A stretch of 64,000 nucleotides of DNA, from assembly GCA_020722095.1 (NCBI GenBank), contig DYLM01000001.1:49152-113151 (forward strand), read 5' to 3'. A program made the position numbers and the translations under genes. The DNA comes from Chloroherpeton thalassium (GTDB taxonomy: Bacteria; Bacteroidota; Ignavibacteria; Kapaibacteriales; UBA2268). Numbering within the stretch: the first letter of the stretch is position 1; the number at the start of each line of letters is the position of its first letter. The notes under the pieces were generated by a model. The model did not search any database. It was not told the DNA's origin and saw only the letters and a program-made list of their open reading frames with translations. Positions 11,032-20,390 of this stretch are shown here, piece after piece.

Positions 11032-11147
11032 TATTGAAACAAATAATAATGCAAATTATCTCAAATTTCAAAAATTGAATTGTATTTTTGATAACTTTTA
11101 CTTTTCCACATATTTTGCACACAAAAATTCACAAGCAATCAAGTATA

Positions 11148-11433
11148 GAGGCTGTCTCATAAGTAAGATTTTACAAAACAATTTCCATCAATCAAGATAT
11201 TGCTTGAGGGTATTACATAACATCGAAAAACCTTATCCTCATTATTAACCTTAGTAGAAATAATTCCCATTTTTACACACCAAACCTTATAACCTTATTA
11301 AATTATTAAAATTAGGAAATAAGGTTATTGGTTTAGTTTGGTTCATTTCTTTCTACTAAGGTTAATAATGAGGATAAGGTTTTAAAATGTTTTTTTTAAT
11401 AATTTGCAAAAAATCAACTTACGAGACAGCCTC
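11148..11433. mobile_element. MITE-like element copy 1 (286 bp). Terminal inverted repeats GAGGCTGTCTCATAAGT / ACTTACGAGACAGCCTC. Contains two inverted copies of a CTACTAAGGTTAATAATGAGGATAAGGTTT module.
   Basis: Termini seen directly in the sequence. Internal 32-bp inverted repeat at 11229-11262 versus 11354-11386. Shares the AAATAAGGTTATTGGTTTAGTTTGGTTCATT module with the copies at 16445-16500 and 53546-53600. Confidence 0.7.
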
Positions 11434-11459
11434 TCTTGAATGGAGTTATTTTACACCTT

Positions 11460-13574
11460 TCATTCAACTACTACAAATTTCAATATTTGTGTCGAGCCAT
11501 TCTGATTGAATTTGACAAAGTAATTTCCTTTTGGATAATTAGATGTTTCTAATTGGAAAAAGTAATTACTATTTTGTAAATTAGGTTCAATTTTTGAAAA
11601 ATAGACATTTCCCAATATATCAACTACCTCAATATTGGCTTTACCAAATGTGATATTATCAAATTCAAAGTTGACAATTCCACCAAGTTCAACTGGATTG
11701 GGATATGCTGAATTTAATTTGCTATTCTTTTCATTTGAATTAATCGACATTAAATTGGAATTAACCGAACATATCAATTTGTTGGTATTTACTTTAATTG
11801 AATCAGGGCGATAATCTAATTCAAAAGTAAATTCTTGCTCTCGTTTATCCATTTTTAATATTTTTGGTTCGGTAGTTGAATCTTTATAAACCAAGAACTC
11901 TATTGGAGTTATGAAAACTTCGGGAATATTTGTTCCTTCTTGAACTTGTTTAATATCAATTTTAATTTCAAATTTATCCCCAATATCATAAGTAGAAGTG
12001 TGTACATCAAAAATTGGATGACCAGCTTTGAGTATCCATTGTTCAAAAAAAGCATCGTAATCAATTAAATCACTTGGAACATTTTCCTTGAAGAAATTCA
12101 TAAAATCAACTGTCTCTATGCTTGTAAATTTATAATTATCCAACATTGCACGCAGAGCAGGGAAAAACACATCATCACCAAGAAATTCTCGTAACATATT
12201 ATAAACCCAACTTGCTTTATTATATTCTAATAAATATATTGGATTAGAAAAAATACTGTTTGTTGGTTCGCCGTAAATTGATAAATTATGTAATACCGGA
12301 TTATTATAATATCTACTTATTACATTATTCATATAAGCATAATATGAATCTTTATTTGTGTAGGACTCAACCCAAATTGCTTCGCTCCAAGTAGCCCCAC
12401 CTTCATTAATCCAAATATCAAACCAAGTGGCACAAGTAATCAAATCACCAAGCCATTGATGGGCAAGTTCGTGTGCAATGCCAGTTTCCGACCATCCACG
12501 CAACCAACTTCTATTTATCGATGTCATAGTTTGATGCTCCATTCCCCCGAAACTAAATGGTTGAATTGCAACCATTCCATATTTTTCGTAAGGATATTCT
12601 CCGTAGAGTGCAGAGTATGTTCTCATCATTTTTGATACATTTCTAAATGCATATTCAGCATTATATGCACCGCCGTCTGTTGTGTCGCTCGTCCAATCAT
12701 CTTCCCAAACATAATATTCAATTGGAATTTGTACCCCAACTTCGCTAACTTTTTGATAGAATGATTGATGATAACTAAATTTTGATGCATTCACAACCAT
12801 CAAGTAAGTAGTCATTGGATATTGAGATTTGAAGGAAAAGATAGTGCTATCTCTGTCACTATGTGATTCTAATAAAGTGCCATTCGATGCAACATTAAAC
12901 CCTTTTGGCACACTTACTGTCATATCAACATAAGCCTTATCGTAAGGAGAATCATTACAAGGCACCCAATAGCGAGCATCTTCTGGTTCGCTCATTGTAT
13001 AGGCTAATCTTTCCAAAGTAAAAATTGAGTCACGTTTAGGTGGCGCACCTTGCTCAACATATAAACCTTTATCAAATAAATAAAAACCTCTATTGCTTTT
13101 GCCTACATAGGAATAGTAAATTTGTATTTCAGCAGTATCGCCTTTTAACTTATAATTAGGGAATTTCACATTAAATATATCTTGAATTTGAAGTACTTCT
13201 AACTTTTGATTATTTGATACATCAATAACGGAATCAATTAAAATATCTATTGCATCAAAAACTACTGACAGAGTTTTTACTGTATCTATCACAAGTTTAA
13301 CCTTATTATATCCCCAGTAATATCTTGCATCACCAGTAGATGTAGTCCTACTTAATGGATTAGTCCAATCCATAAAAATCGAATAACTTATCACATCATA
13401 AGATCTTTTTTGAACAACTGATTGTACATTTTGCAACTTTAATTGATTTTTGTAGTGGGAGCAAGTATGTTTAAACTCAAATTGCTCACCTGGAATCATA
13501 TAACTTGGTATTTCAGCAGTCAAATTAGAACTTACTGAAATAAAAAATACGATAAAAAAAGAAAGAATTTTCAT
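11460..13574 (-). CDS. secreted M1-family zinc aminopeptidase with a T9SS C-terminal sorting domain
   Basis: 704 aa with a signal peptide. GGMEHQ exopeptidase motif; HELAHQWLGD ... E zinc site (HEXXH-X18-E); C-terminal ~80 aa YPNPVELGG...ILKFVVVE resembles the Por/T9SS CTD. Confidence 0.8.
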   Translation of the reverse strand: MKILSFFIVFFISVSSNLTAEIPSYMIPGEQFEFKHTCSHYKNQLKLQNVQSVVQKRSYDVISYSIFMDWTNPLSRTTSTGDARYYWGYNKVKLVIDTVKTLSVVFDAIDILIDSVIDVSNNQKLEVLQIQDIFNVKFPNYKLKGDTAEIQIYYSYVGKSNRGFYLFDKGLYVEQGAPPKRDSIFTLERLAYTMSEPEDARYWVPCNDSPYDKAYVDMTVSVPKGFNVASNGTLLESHSDRDSTIFSFKSQYPMTTYLMVVNASKFSYHQSFYQKVSEVGVQIPIEYYVWEDDWTSDTTDGGAYNAEYAFRNVSKMMRTYSALYGEYPYEKYGMVAIQPFSFGGMEHQTMTSINRSWLRGWSETGIAHELAHQWLGDLITCATWFDIWINEGGATWSEAIWVESYTNKDSYYAYMNNVISRYYNNPVLHNLSIYGEPTNSIFSNPIYLLEYNKASWVYNMLREFLGDDVFFPALRAMLDNYKFTSIETVDFMNFFKENVPSDLIDYDAFFEQWILKAGHPIFDVHTSTYDIGDKFEIKIDIKQVQEGTNIPEVFITPIEFLVYKDSTTEPKILKMDKREQEFTFELDYRPDSIKVNTNKLICSVNSNLMSINSNEKNSKLNSAYPNPVELGGIVNFEFDNITFGKANIEVVDILGNVYFSKIEPNLQNSNYFFQLETSNYPKGNYFVKFNQNGSTQILKFVVVE

Positions 13575-13616
13575 TTTGTTCCTATTGTTTATTCAAAATT
13601 AAGAATTATTAAGTTA

Positions 13617-15620
13617 TTAAGAACTACGTCCGAATTGTCTGTCCAAATTTAGTATGCTCAAATCCAATACAATTGGTCTGCCGTGAGGGCAATTATATGG
13701 ATTTTGACATTTAAATAAGTCAATTACCAGATGCTTCATTTTTTCGTGCGAAAGTGGTTCGCCTGTTTTAATTGCAGCTTTGCAGCTCATTGTTGCAATC
13801 ACTTTCTCTCGACCAATTATTTGTGATACTTTATATTTTGTTTGGTATTCTTCAATAATTTTCTTGAAAATATATTCTTCTTTGCCCAATTCGATATCTT
13901 CAGGAATAGATTTAACAACAATTTTATTTGGCTGAATCATTTCAAATTGAAAGCCAACTTCGCGGATTTCATCAGCAATTTCCTGTACTACAACTATTTC
14001 GCTTGGGTTTAGCTCAAATGAATTCTCAAAAAGTAAATCTTTACTTAAATGATACTTTACATTTTCTAATTTTTTCTCAAAAATTACTCTTTCGTGGGCA
14101 TTATGTTGGTCTACGAGCAAGATTCTATCTCGCAAATGTACAATTATATATTTATTAAAAATTTGCCAATATTCAGCATTTTCTAATTGAGCAAATAGTT
14201 CATCACTTTGTTGAATTTTAGCATTATTTTCCGTGAATAGATTTGTTTTATCGGTTAAATTATTTTCATTAGAAGCAAAAGATTGGCTGATTTCGGGTTT
14301 AATTAAGTTTTGATATGCTTGTGGAGAAAATTGAGATTGACTTTGTTGTGCTGAATAAGTTTGATAATTTTTATAATTTTCGTAATTATTGAAATTTTTA
14401 TTTTGATATGAATTATTTCCTTTATCAAAGTTAGAATAATTGGCTCGGTTTGGCTGAAATTGATTGCTATTCGGAAAATTATCAACATTTGGTTTGTCAG
14501 CAAACACTTCTCCTGTTACTTGATTTACCAATAGATAGTCGCCTTTTTCATCTTTATATCTAACAAAAGGCTGTTGGATACTATTATTTTCAACATCTAA
14601 TTTATTTGTCAAATTATATTTTTCTAATGTTTCAACAATAGATTTCCGCAGAGTATTATAAACATAATTTTCATTATCAAATTTTACTTCATTTTTCTGC
14701 GGGTGAATATTTACATCAATTTTTTCTGGATCAATTGTTAGATTTATTAAATATACAGGTTTATGATTTTTTTCGAGCAAATTATCATAAGCAGAAAAAA
14801 TAGCATAAGAAAGATTTCTTGATTCTATTGGACGGCGATTGACAAACAAAAACTGACCTGAAGTAGAAGGACGAGCCAACTCTGGTAAAGCAATAAATCC
14901 TTCAACTTTCATAAGTTCATTTTGATAAAACAAATCCATAAAACCTGCTTGGAATGAATTCCCTAATAACTGAATTGTTCGGTTTTTCCAATCAGTTGGG
15001 TGAACGTCAAAAATCAAGCTATCATCACTATAAAATGTAATTCTTTTATCATTATGAATTAATGCAAACCTCATCAAAGTATCGCTGGTGTGGCGAATTT
15101 CAGTAAGTTTGGATTTCATAAACTTTTTGCGTGCTGGAACATTATAGAACAGGTTGCGAACAAATATCTGCGTGCCTTGCGATAAATTCATTGGTTCGAT
15201 GCTTGGTTCTTTAAGCGGCTCAGAAATTAATTTCCATCCTAATTCATCATTTTGATTTTTTGAACGAATTTCAATATCAGCAACTGAAGAAATTGATGCT
15301 AAGGCTTCGCCACGGAATCCAAAAGTCAATATTTTTTCTAAATCTTCTTGAGTTTTTATCTTGGAAGTGGCGTGTCGGCGGATAGAAAGCATTATATCAT
15401 CGCGACTCATTCCTTGCCCATTATCAAAAACACTAATCAGCTTCTTCCCACCATCTTGGATAATAACAGTAATTTCGGTAGCCCCAGCATCAAGTGAGTT
15501 CTCCACTAATTCCTTCACAACAGATTCTGGACGTTGCACAACTTCGCCCGCTGCAATTTGATTTGCAATAAATTCAGGAAGAATTATTATCTTATTAGTG
15601 TTATTTTGATTAATTTGCAT
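13617..15620 (-). CDS. mutL: DNA mismatch repair protein MutL
   Basis: 667 aa. N-terminal GHKL ATPase IAAGEVVQRPESVVKELVENSLDAG; C-terminal dimerisation domain. Confidence 0.9.
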   Translation of the reverse strand: MQINQNNTNKIIILPEFIANQIAAGEVVQRPESVVKELVENSLDAGATEITVIIQDGGKKLISVFDNGQGMSRDDIMLSIRRHATSKIKTQEDLEKILTFGFRGEALASISSVADIEIRSKNQNDELGWKLISEPLKEPSIEPMNLSQGTQIFVRNLFYNVPARKKFMKSKLTEIRHTSDTLMRFALIHNDKRITFYSDDSLIFDVHPTDWKNRTIQLLGNSFQAGFMDLFYQNELMKVEGFIALPELARPSTSGQFLFVNRRPIESRNLSYAIFSAYDNLLEKNHKPVYLINLTIDPEKIDVNIHPQKNEVKFDNENYVYNTLRKSIVETLEKYNLTNKLDVENNSIQQPFVRYKDEKGDYLLVNQVTGEVFADKPNVDNFPNSNQFQPNRANYSNFDKGNNSYQNKNFNNYENYKNYQTYSAQQSQSQFSPQAYQNLIKPEISQSFASNENNLTDKTNLFTENNAKIQQSDELFAQLENAEYWQIFNKYIIVHLRDRILLVDQHNAHERVIFEKKLENVKYHLSKDLLFENSFELNPSEIVVVQEIADEIREVGFQFEMIQPNKIVVKSIPEDIELGKEEYIFKKIIEEYQTKYKVSQIIGREKVIATMSCKAAIKTGEPLSHEKMKHLVIDLFKCQNPYNCPHGRPIVLDLSILNLDRQFGRSS

Positions 15621-15677
15621 AGTTCAATTAGACGAAAAAAGCATATTTATTTGTGAAATCAAACAAATTTAATTTAT

Positions 15678-16178
15678 ATGGAAACAAAATACTTTATTAA
15701 TCTCACTACTGGAATTGAAGCTCTCGAGGATTTACATTTTTTTGACAAGAAAGAACTCAACTTTGTTAGAATTCAGTCAAGCCATTGCGAAGCGAGTGCT
15801 TACGAAGAGATTTTGCTTGGATTAGATGCAAACTTTTTAATGTATTTAGCGTTGGGATATACTTGTGTTGTTGTAGATTATGGAGCCCAAAGCCATACTT
15901 CCAAAGCCAGCCGACTGGGGATGGAGTGGATTAGATTTTTTCTGAATAGATTATGGTTGAATAAACGTATCCGTCCCAAAGTGCATCAAGTGGATTTGCA
16001 AGAGATATTTTATGAACAATATACACTTGTTAGCAAGAAAACAAAAAACAAATTAAAGTATTTTAGGAAATTCATTAAAACAGATAGCATAAGATTAATA
16101 TCGCTAACAAAATCCACAATGATAGATGGGCATAATGAAAAATACATAAAAATCCTTGATAATTTTCTTAATACTTAG
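15678..16178 (+). CDS. hypothetical protein, no recognisable domain
   Basis: 166-aa ORF divergent from mutL. A MITE starts 10 bp past its stop. Confidence 0.4.
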   Translation: METKYFINLTTGIEALEDLHFFDKKELNFVRIQSSHCEASAYEEILLGLDANFLMYLALGYTCVVVDYGAQSHTSKASRLGMEWIRFFLNRLWLNKRIRPKVHQVDLQEIFYEQYTLVSKKTKNKLKYFRKFIKTDSIRLISLTKSTMIDGHNEKYIKILDNFLNT

Positions 16179-16187
16179 TTTTATATT

Positions 16188-16562
16188 GAAGCTGTCTCAT
16201 AAGTCAGCTTTGCAGTCATTCCAACGAAAGTGGGAATCCAATGTTTATTTGAAAATTTGAGAATGGTTTAACAATAGCCCACGAATTCATTCGTGGGTAA
16301 ATTTTAAAGTAAACCTTCGGAAGGTTAAAAAGAATTTTTTATGCGCAGAGCAAGCTCTTCCACTACAGATTTTACCTAACACCTAACGCCCAACACACCC
16401 AAAATCAATATACCTTATAACCTTATTTAACTGGTAAATTACGAAATAAGGTTATTGGTTTAATTTGGTTCATTTTTTTCTACTAAGGTTATTAGGTTCA
16501 ATAAGGTTTTAAAATGTTTTTATTTAATATTTTCCAAAAAGTCAACTTTTGATACAGCCTCC
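16188..16562. mobile_element. MITE-like element copy 2 (375 bp) with degenerate terminal inverted repeats (GAAGCTGTCTCATAAGTC / GTCAACTTTTGATACAGCCTCC)
   Basis: Internal GUCAUUCCAACGAAAGUGGGAAUCC GNRA hairpin; 20-bp palindrome CCCACGAATTCATTCGTGGG; AACCTTCGGAAGGTT palindrome; AAATAAGGTTATTGGTTTAATTTGGTTCATT module. Confidence 0.6.
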
Positions 16563-16590
16563 TAATGACAAAAAAGCAGAAATATGAAAA

Positions 16591-16668
16591 CCTCCCCCGC
16601 CATAAATGGCACCCCCTCTACGAGGGGGAATATTGCTAAATCCTCCTCTTTGAGGAGGTTAGGGGGAG
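16591..16668. repeat. GC-rich nested-hairpin module (CCCCCTC-TAC-GAGGGGG and CCTCCTC-TTT-GAGGAGG inside an outer CCTCCCCC...GGGGGAG stem)
   Basis: Stems seen directly. Related modules sit inside the elements at 23599-23643 and 25055-25100. Confidence 0.6.
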
Positions 16669-16802
16669 TAAATACTTCTAAATTCTCATTTTCTTTTCAG
16701 TGAAAACGAAGTTTTCATAATGACCTCGCAATGAGTAATTTCTTCACGAGCTTTTTCAATTTCTTATTAAAGATTTAGAACAAAGTAGATATAATTCATA
16801 GA

Positions 16803-16842
16803 ATAAAAAAACCTGATTAATGTATTAAAAATTAATCAGGTT
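16803..16842 (-). terminator. rho-independent terminator downstream of the RRM gene
   Basis: Perfect 12-bp stem AACCTGATTAAT/ATTAATCAGGTT, followed on the minus strand by a 7-8 U run. Confidence 0.6.
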
Positions 16843-16891
16843 TAGAAAAAAGAAATGTGATATTTTATAGTATCAAATTTTTAGTACTTTG

Positions 16892-17167
16892 TTAATAATT
16901 TCTTCTGCGATTAAAATTATTCTTAGGCCTCATTTCTTGGGCTTCGCTTACATTTAGCTTTCTTCCCATAAATTCAGTATCATTTAATTCCTGAATTGCT
17001 TTATTGGCAGCTTCATCACTCATTTCAACAAAACCAAATCCACGAGATCTACCTGTTTCTCTGTCGGTAATTATTCTTAATGATTGAGTTTCCCCAATTT
17101 CGTTAAATTTTGAAGCTAATTCTTCTTCGGTTACGCTATGCGGGATGTTCCCTACGTATAATTTCAT
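16892..17167 (-). CDS. RNA-binding protein with an RNA recognition motif (Rbp-like)
   Basis: 91 aa. RNP-2 LYVGNI, RNP-1 RGFGFVEM, basic C-terminal tail. Confidence 0.85.
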   Translation of the reverse strand: MKLYVGNIPHSVTEEELASKFNEIGETQSLRIITDRETGRSRGFGFVEMSDEAANKAIQELNDTEFMGRKLNVSEAQEMRPKNNFNRRRNY

Positions 17168-17502
17168 AAAAATCCTATAATATTTACTAATTTGAAAACT
17201 TCGTAGTTTTCATAATACAATATTACGCAATTTTTAGTTAATCTTGCGAATTTTTTATATTTTTTTTAAAAATAATGTCTATTTTCCTTAAGTTCAATCA
17301 TTTTTTATCGAATTTTTGGGTAGAGCTTAATAATTTCTAAAAACATCAATTATTTATTGATTGGTTAGATAAGAATAAAAATTGCTATAATCAGATTGAA
17401 ATTTTATCGGGTTAATCTTTTAAGAAAATATCAAAGTTATCTAACATTTTTGGCATTATTATTGATTGTTTTAGAATATCAAACATTATTACGAAAGCAT
17501 AA

Positions 17503-18813
17503 TTGAAAATGATAAATACAACTGAACAAATAGTTAAAGTGCTTCAACGATTTCCAAGTTCATTAGAATTAGAGGAAATTAAAGAGAATGTAATCTTGGA
17601 TTTATTTGATAAGTTCCCATTTGGAATTGTCCTCAATCGCCTTATTTACGATAGTTATAATCAACTCATAGATTTAGAAGTTGTTTTTGTTAATAAATTA
17701 TTTGCCGACCTGTATTCTATTCCTATTGATGTAATTACAAATAAGCGTGTTTCAAAATTATTCGGAGAGTATCCCGAATTAAAGAGAGATATGTCGCTAA
17801 TTATCAGAATTAATTCTACCTCGCCAACTTTTACTTACGATAGGAATTTTGCTGATAAAGACAAATGGTTCCAAATCTCAACAAATAAAATAAGTGAAAC
17901 ATTAATGACAATTACTATTGTTGATGTTTCAGACAGCAAAAAAATGCAATTATCATTTGCAGATATAATTCATAATTTGGAGGAGCAATTAGTAACAAGA
18001 ACTACTGCATTGCAAGATACAATCGATTCGCTTCATTTAGAGATTGCCGAAAAGAAAATCGCCGAAGAAGAATTATTAAATACAAAAGAAGAGTTAAGAG
18101 TACTTCTTGCAAATGAAAAAACTCTCCGAGAAATGGAAGATAAATTCCTTAATATTCTTACCGTTGAATTTCGAGATCCTTTAACAGTATTAAGAACTTC
18201 AATTGACTTATTAAGAGTAATTAATTTATCAACCGACAAAAATCAAGTTGAAGATGTATTTATTAGGATGGAAGACTCCATCAAAAAATTGGTTGATGCA
18301 ATGGAAAATGTGCATCTAATTTCGGAAAAAGATATAAAATATGATGTTTTATATGAAGAATTTGAATTGATAGAAGTTATTGAACTGGTTATTGAAGAAG
18401 TACGAGTTCAAGATGAGTTTCGTCATAAATTACTTTTTTCAAAGCCACTTGAATATTTCGTTTTCAATAGTGATAAATTTTTATTACAAGCAATTTTAAG
18501 AGTTCTTCTGGGCAATGCTTGCCAGTATTCTGATGCGGATACTGAAGTTATTACAGAATTAACTATCTCTAAAAATTCGGTTATTATCTCAATTGAAGAT
18601 TTTGGTATTGGAATACCAAATAATGAACTCCCCCTAATTTTTGAACCACTTTACCGTGGTTCAAATGCAAACACATTTTATGGTAGTGGTGTTGGATTAT
18701 CTATAGTTAAAAAATACTCTCAGATGTTGGATGCCGAAATTCATGTAATCTCGAAAGAAAATACTGGGAGCAAATTTATTATTTCAATTCCACGTTATAA
18801 ATCAAATAACTAA
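17503..18813 (+). CDS. cytoplasmic histidine-kinase-like protein (HATPase_c intact, H-box apparently degenerate)
   Basis: 436 aa with no transmembrane segment. N-box LLGNACQYS, G1 DFGIGIP, G2 GSGVGLSIV. In the dimerisation/H-box the sequence is LTVEFRDPL where SHELRTPL is expected. Confidence 0.6.
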   Translation: MKMINTTEQIVKVLQRFPSSLELEEIKENVILDLFDKFPFGIVLNRLIYDSYNQLIDLEVVFVNKLFADLYSIPIDVITNKRVSKLFGEYPELKRDMSLIIRINSTSPTFTYDRNFADKDKWFQISTNKISETLMTITIVDVSDSKKMQLSFADIIHNLEEQLVTRTTALQDTIDSLHLEIAEKKIAEEELLNTKEELRVLLANEKTLREMEDKFLNILTVEFRDPLTVLRTSIDLLRVINLSTDKNQVEDVFIRMEDSIKKLVDAMENVHLISEKDIKYDVLYEEFELIEVIELVIEEVRVQDEFRHKLLFSKPLEYFVFNSDKFLLQAILRVLLGNACQYSDADTEVITELTISKNSVIISIEDFGIGIPNNELPLIFEPLYRGSNANTFYGSGVGLSIVKKYSQMLDAEIHVISKENTGSKFIISIPRYKSNN

Positions 18814-18896
18814 TAAAAAACTCCTGCAGTCATAGACATACAGGAGCCAATTAAGGAGAAAATATTATAAAAATAATATTCGTATTTTAAGTTAGA

Positions 18897-20195
18897 TTAT
18901 ACCCAACCACGCATTTTAACTGCTTCGGCAACTCTTGATATTGCAATCATATAAGCAGCATCTCTCATATAAACATTTCTTTCTTTAGATAAATTATAAA
19001 CAGCGTGGAAAGCTGCAGTCATTTTAGCATCTAATTTTTCTAATACTTCTTCTTTTGTCCAGAAATAGTTCATATTGCATTGAACTTGTTCGAAGTAAGA
19101 AGTAGTAACGCCACCAGCATTAGCTAAGAAGTCTGGAATATCTAAAATTCCACGGGCTTTTATTACTTCGTCAGCATCTGGAGTTGTTGGGCCATTTGCA
19201 CCTTCTACGATGATTTTAACGCTAGGTTTAATCAAATTAACTGTATCTTTTGTAATTTGATTTTCGATAGCAGCAGGAACTAAAATGTCAACATCTTGTT
19301 GAATCCAAGCATTACCATCTAAAATTTCAAAACCGAGTTCCTTTGCTTTTGCTTTGTCGATTTCACCAAATTTATTTGTAATTGTGATTAATTCTGCAAA
19401 AGTAATACCAGATAATTTACGATAAGTATAAGATTTCTTATCTTCGTGATCCCAGCAAGAAACAGCAATAGCTTTTCCACCTAATTTAGTATATTGGTCA
19501 ACTGCATATTGGCTAACATTACCAAATCCTTGGAAGGCAGCAGTAGTTTTTGTAATGTCAATACCCAACACTTTGCAAGCTTCGCGAACAGTGTACATCA
19601 CACCATAGCCAGTTGCTTCGGTTCTACCCAATGATCCACCAACGCCAAGAGGTTTTCCAGTAATGAAACCTGGAGCTTTAGCACCAGTTATTTTTTCGTA
19701 TTCATCTAACATCCAAATCATATGTTGTCCCGTAGTCATCACATCTGGCGCTGGAACGTCTTGATTTGGACCAACATTGCGAACTATTTGGCGAATCCAA
19801 CCGCGAGCGATTGCTTCTTGTTCTCTCATCGACAAATTATGTGGGTCACAAATAACTCCACCTTTACCACCACCCAATGGAATATCAACAACAGCAGTTT
19901 TCCAAGTCATCCACATTGCTAATGCACGAACTGTATCAACAGTTTCTTGTGGATGGAAGCGGATACCGCCTTTAGCAGGTCCGCGTGCGTCATTGTGTTG
20001 TATACGGAAACCTTTAAATACTTTGTAAGATCCGTCATCCATTCTGACGGGAATGTTAAAATGATATTCGCGATCTGGACTGCGAAGGAAGTCACGGGTT
20101 GCTTGATCTAAATTAAGCTTTTCTGCAACTGCATCAAATTGTTGCAGTGCCATATTGAACGGATTGAATGAACTGTCAGCCATTTTATTCCTCAA
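18897..20195 (-). CDS. gdhA: glutamate dehydrogenase
   Basis: 432 aa. PLGGGKGGVICDP signature. Confidence 0.9.
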   Translation of the reverse strand: MRNKMADSSFNPFNMALQQFDAVAEKLNLDQATRDFLRSPDREYHFNIPVRMDDGSYKVFKGFRIQHNDARGPAKGGIRFHPQETVDTVRALAMWMTWKTAVVDIPLGGGKGGVICDPHNLSMREQEAIARGWIRQIVRNVGPNQDVPAPDVMTTGQHMIWMLDEYEKITGAKAPGFITGKPLGVGGSLGRTEATGYGVMYTVREACKVLGIDITKTTAAFQGFGNVSQYAVDQYTKLGGKAIAVSCWDHEDKKSYTYRKLSGITFAELITITNKFGEIDKAKAKELGFEILDGNAWIQQDVDILVPAAIENQITKDTVNLIKPSVKIIVEGANGPTTPDADEVIKARGILDIPDFLANAGGVTTSYFEQVQCNMNYFWTKEEVLEKLDAKMTAAFHAVYNLSKERNVYMRDAAYMIAISRVAEAVKMRGWV

Positions 20196-20390
20196 ATTCT
20201 TTAAATTTTAAAATTTCTAAAAATGTATTTGAAAATTGAATTATTTTCAAATACAAAATTAAACAAAATATTCGAATTTAGTATTATAAAAAAGGAAAAA
20301 ATATCGCTTATATTAATAAAGATTAATTTGTTTATTTCATCAGAATTGCTTATTTTGAACTTTTTAAATTCTTAAAAACCTTTAATTTTT

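Noticed and set aside
11100-16700. Possible CRISPR array among the intergenic repeats
   Set aside because: The repeats are inverted and modular, with irregular spacing and variable length. There are no regularly spaced direct repeats with unique spacers anywhere in the window.
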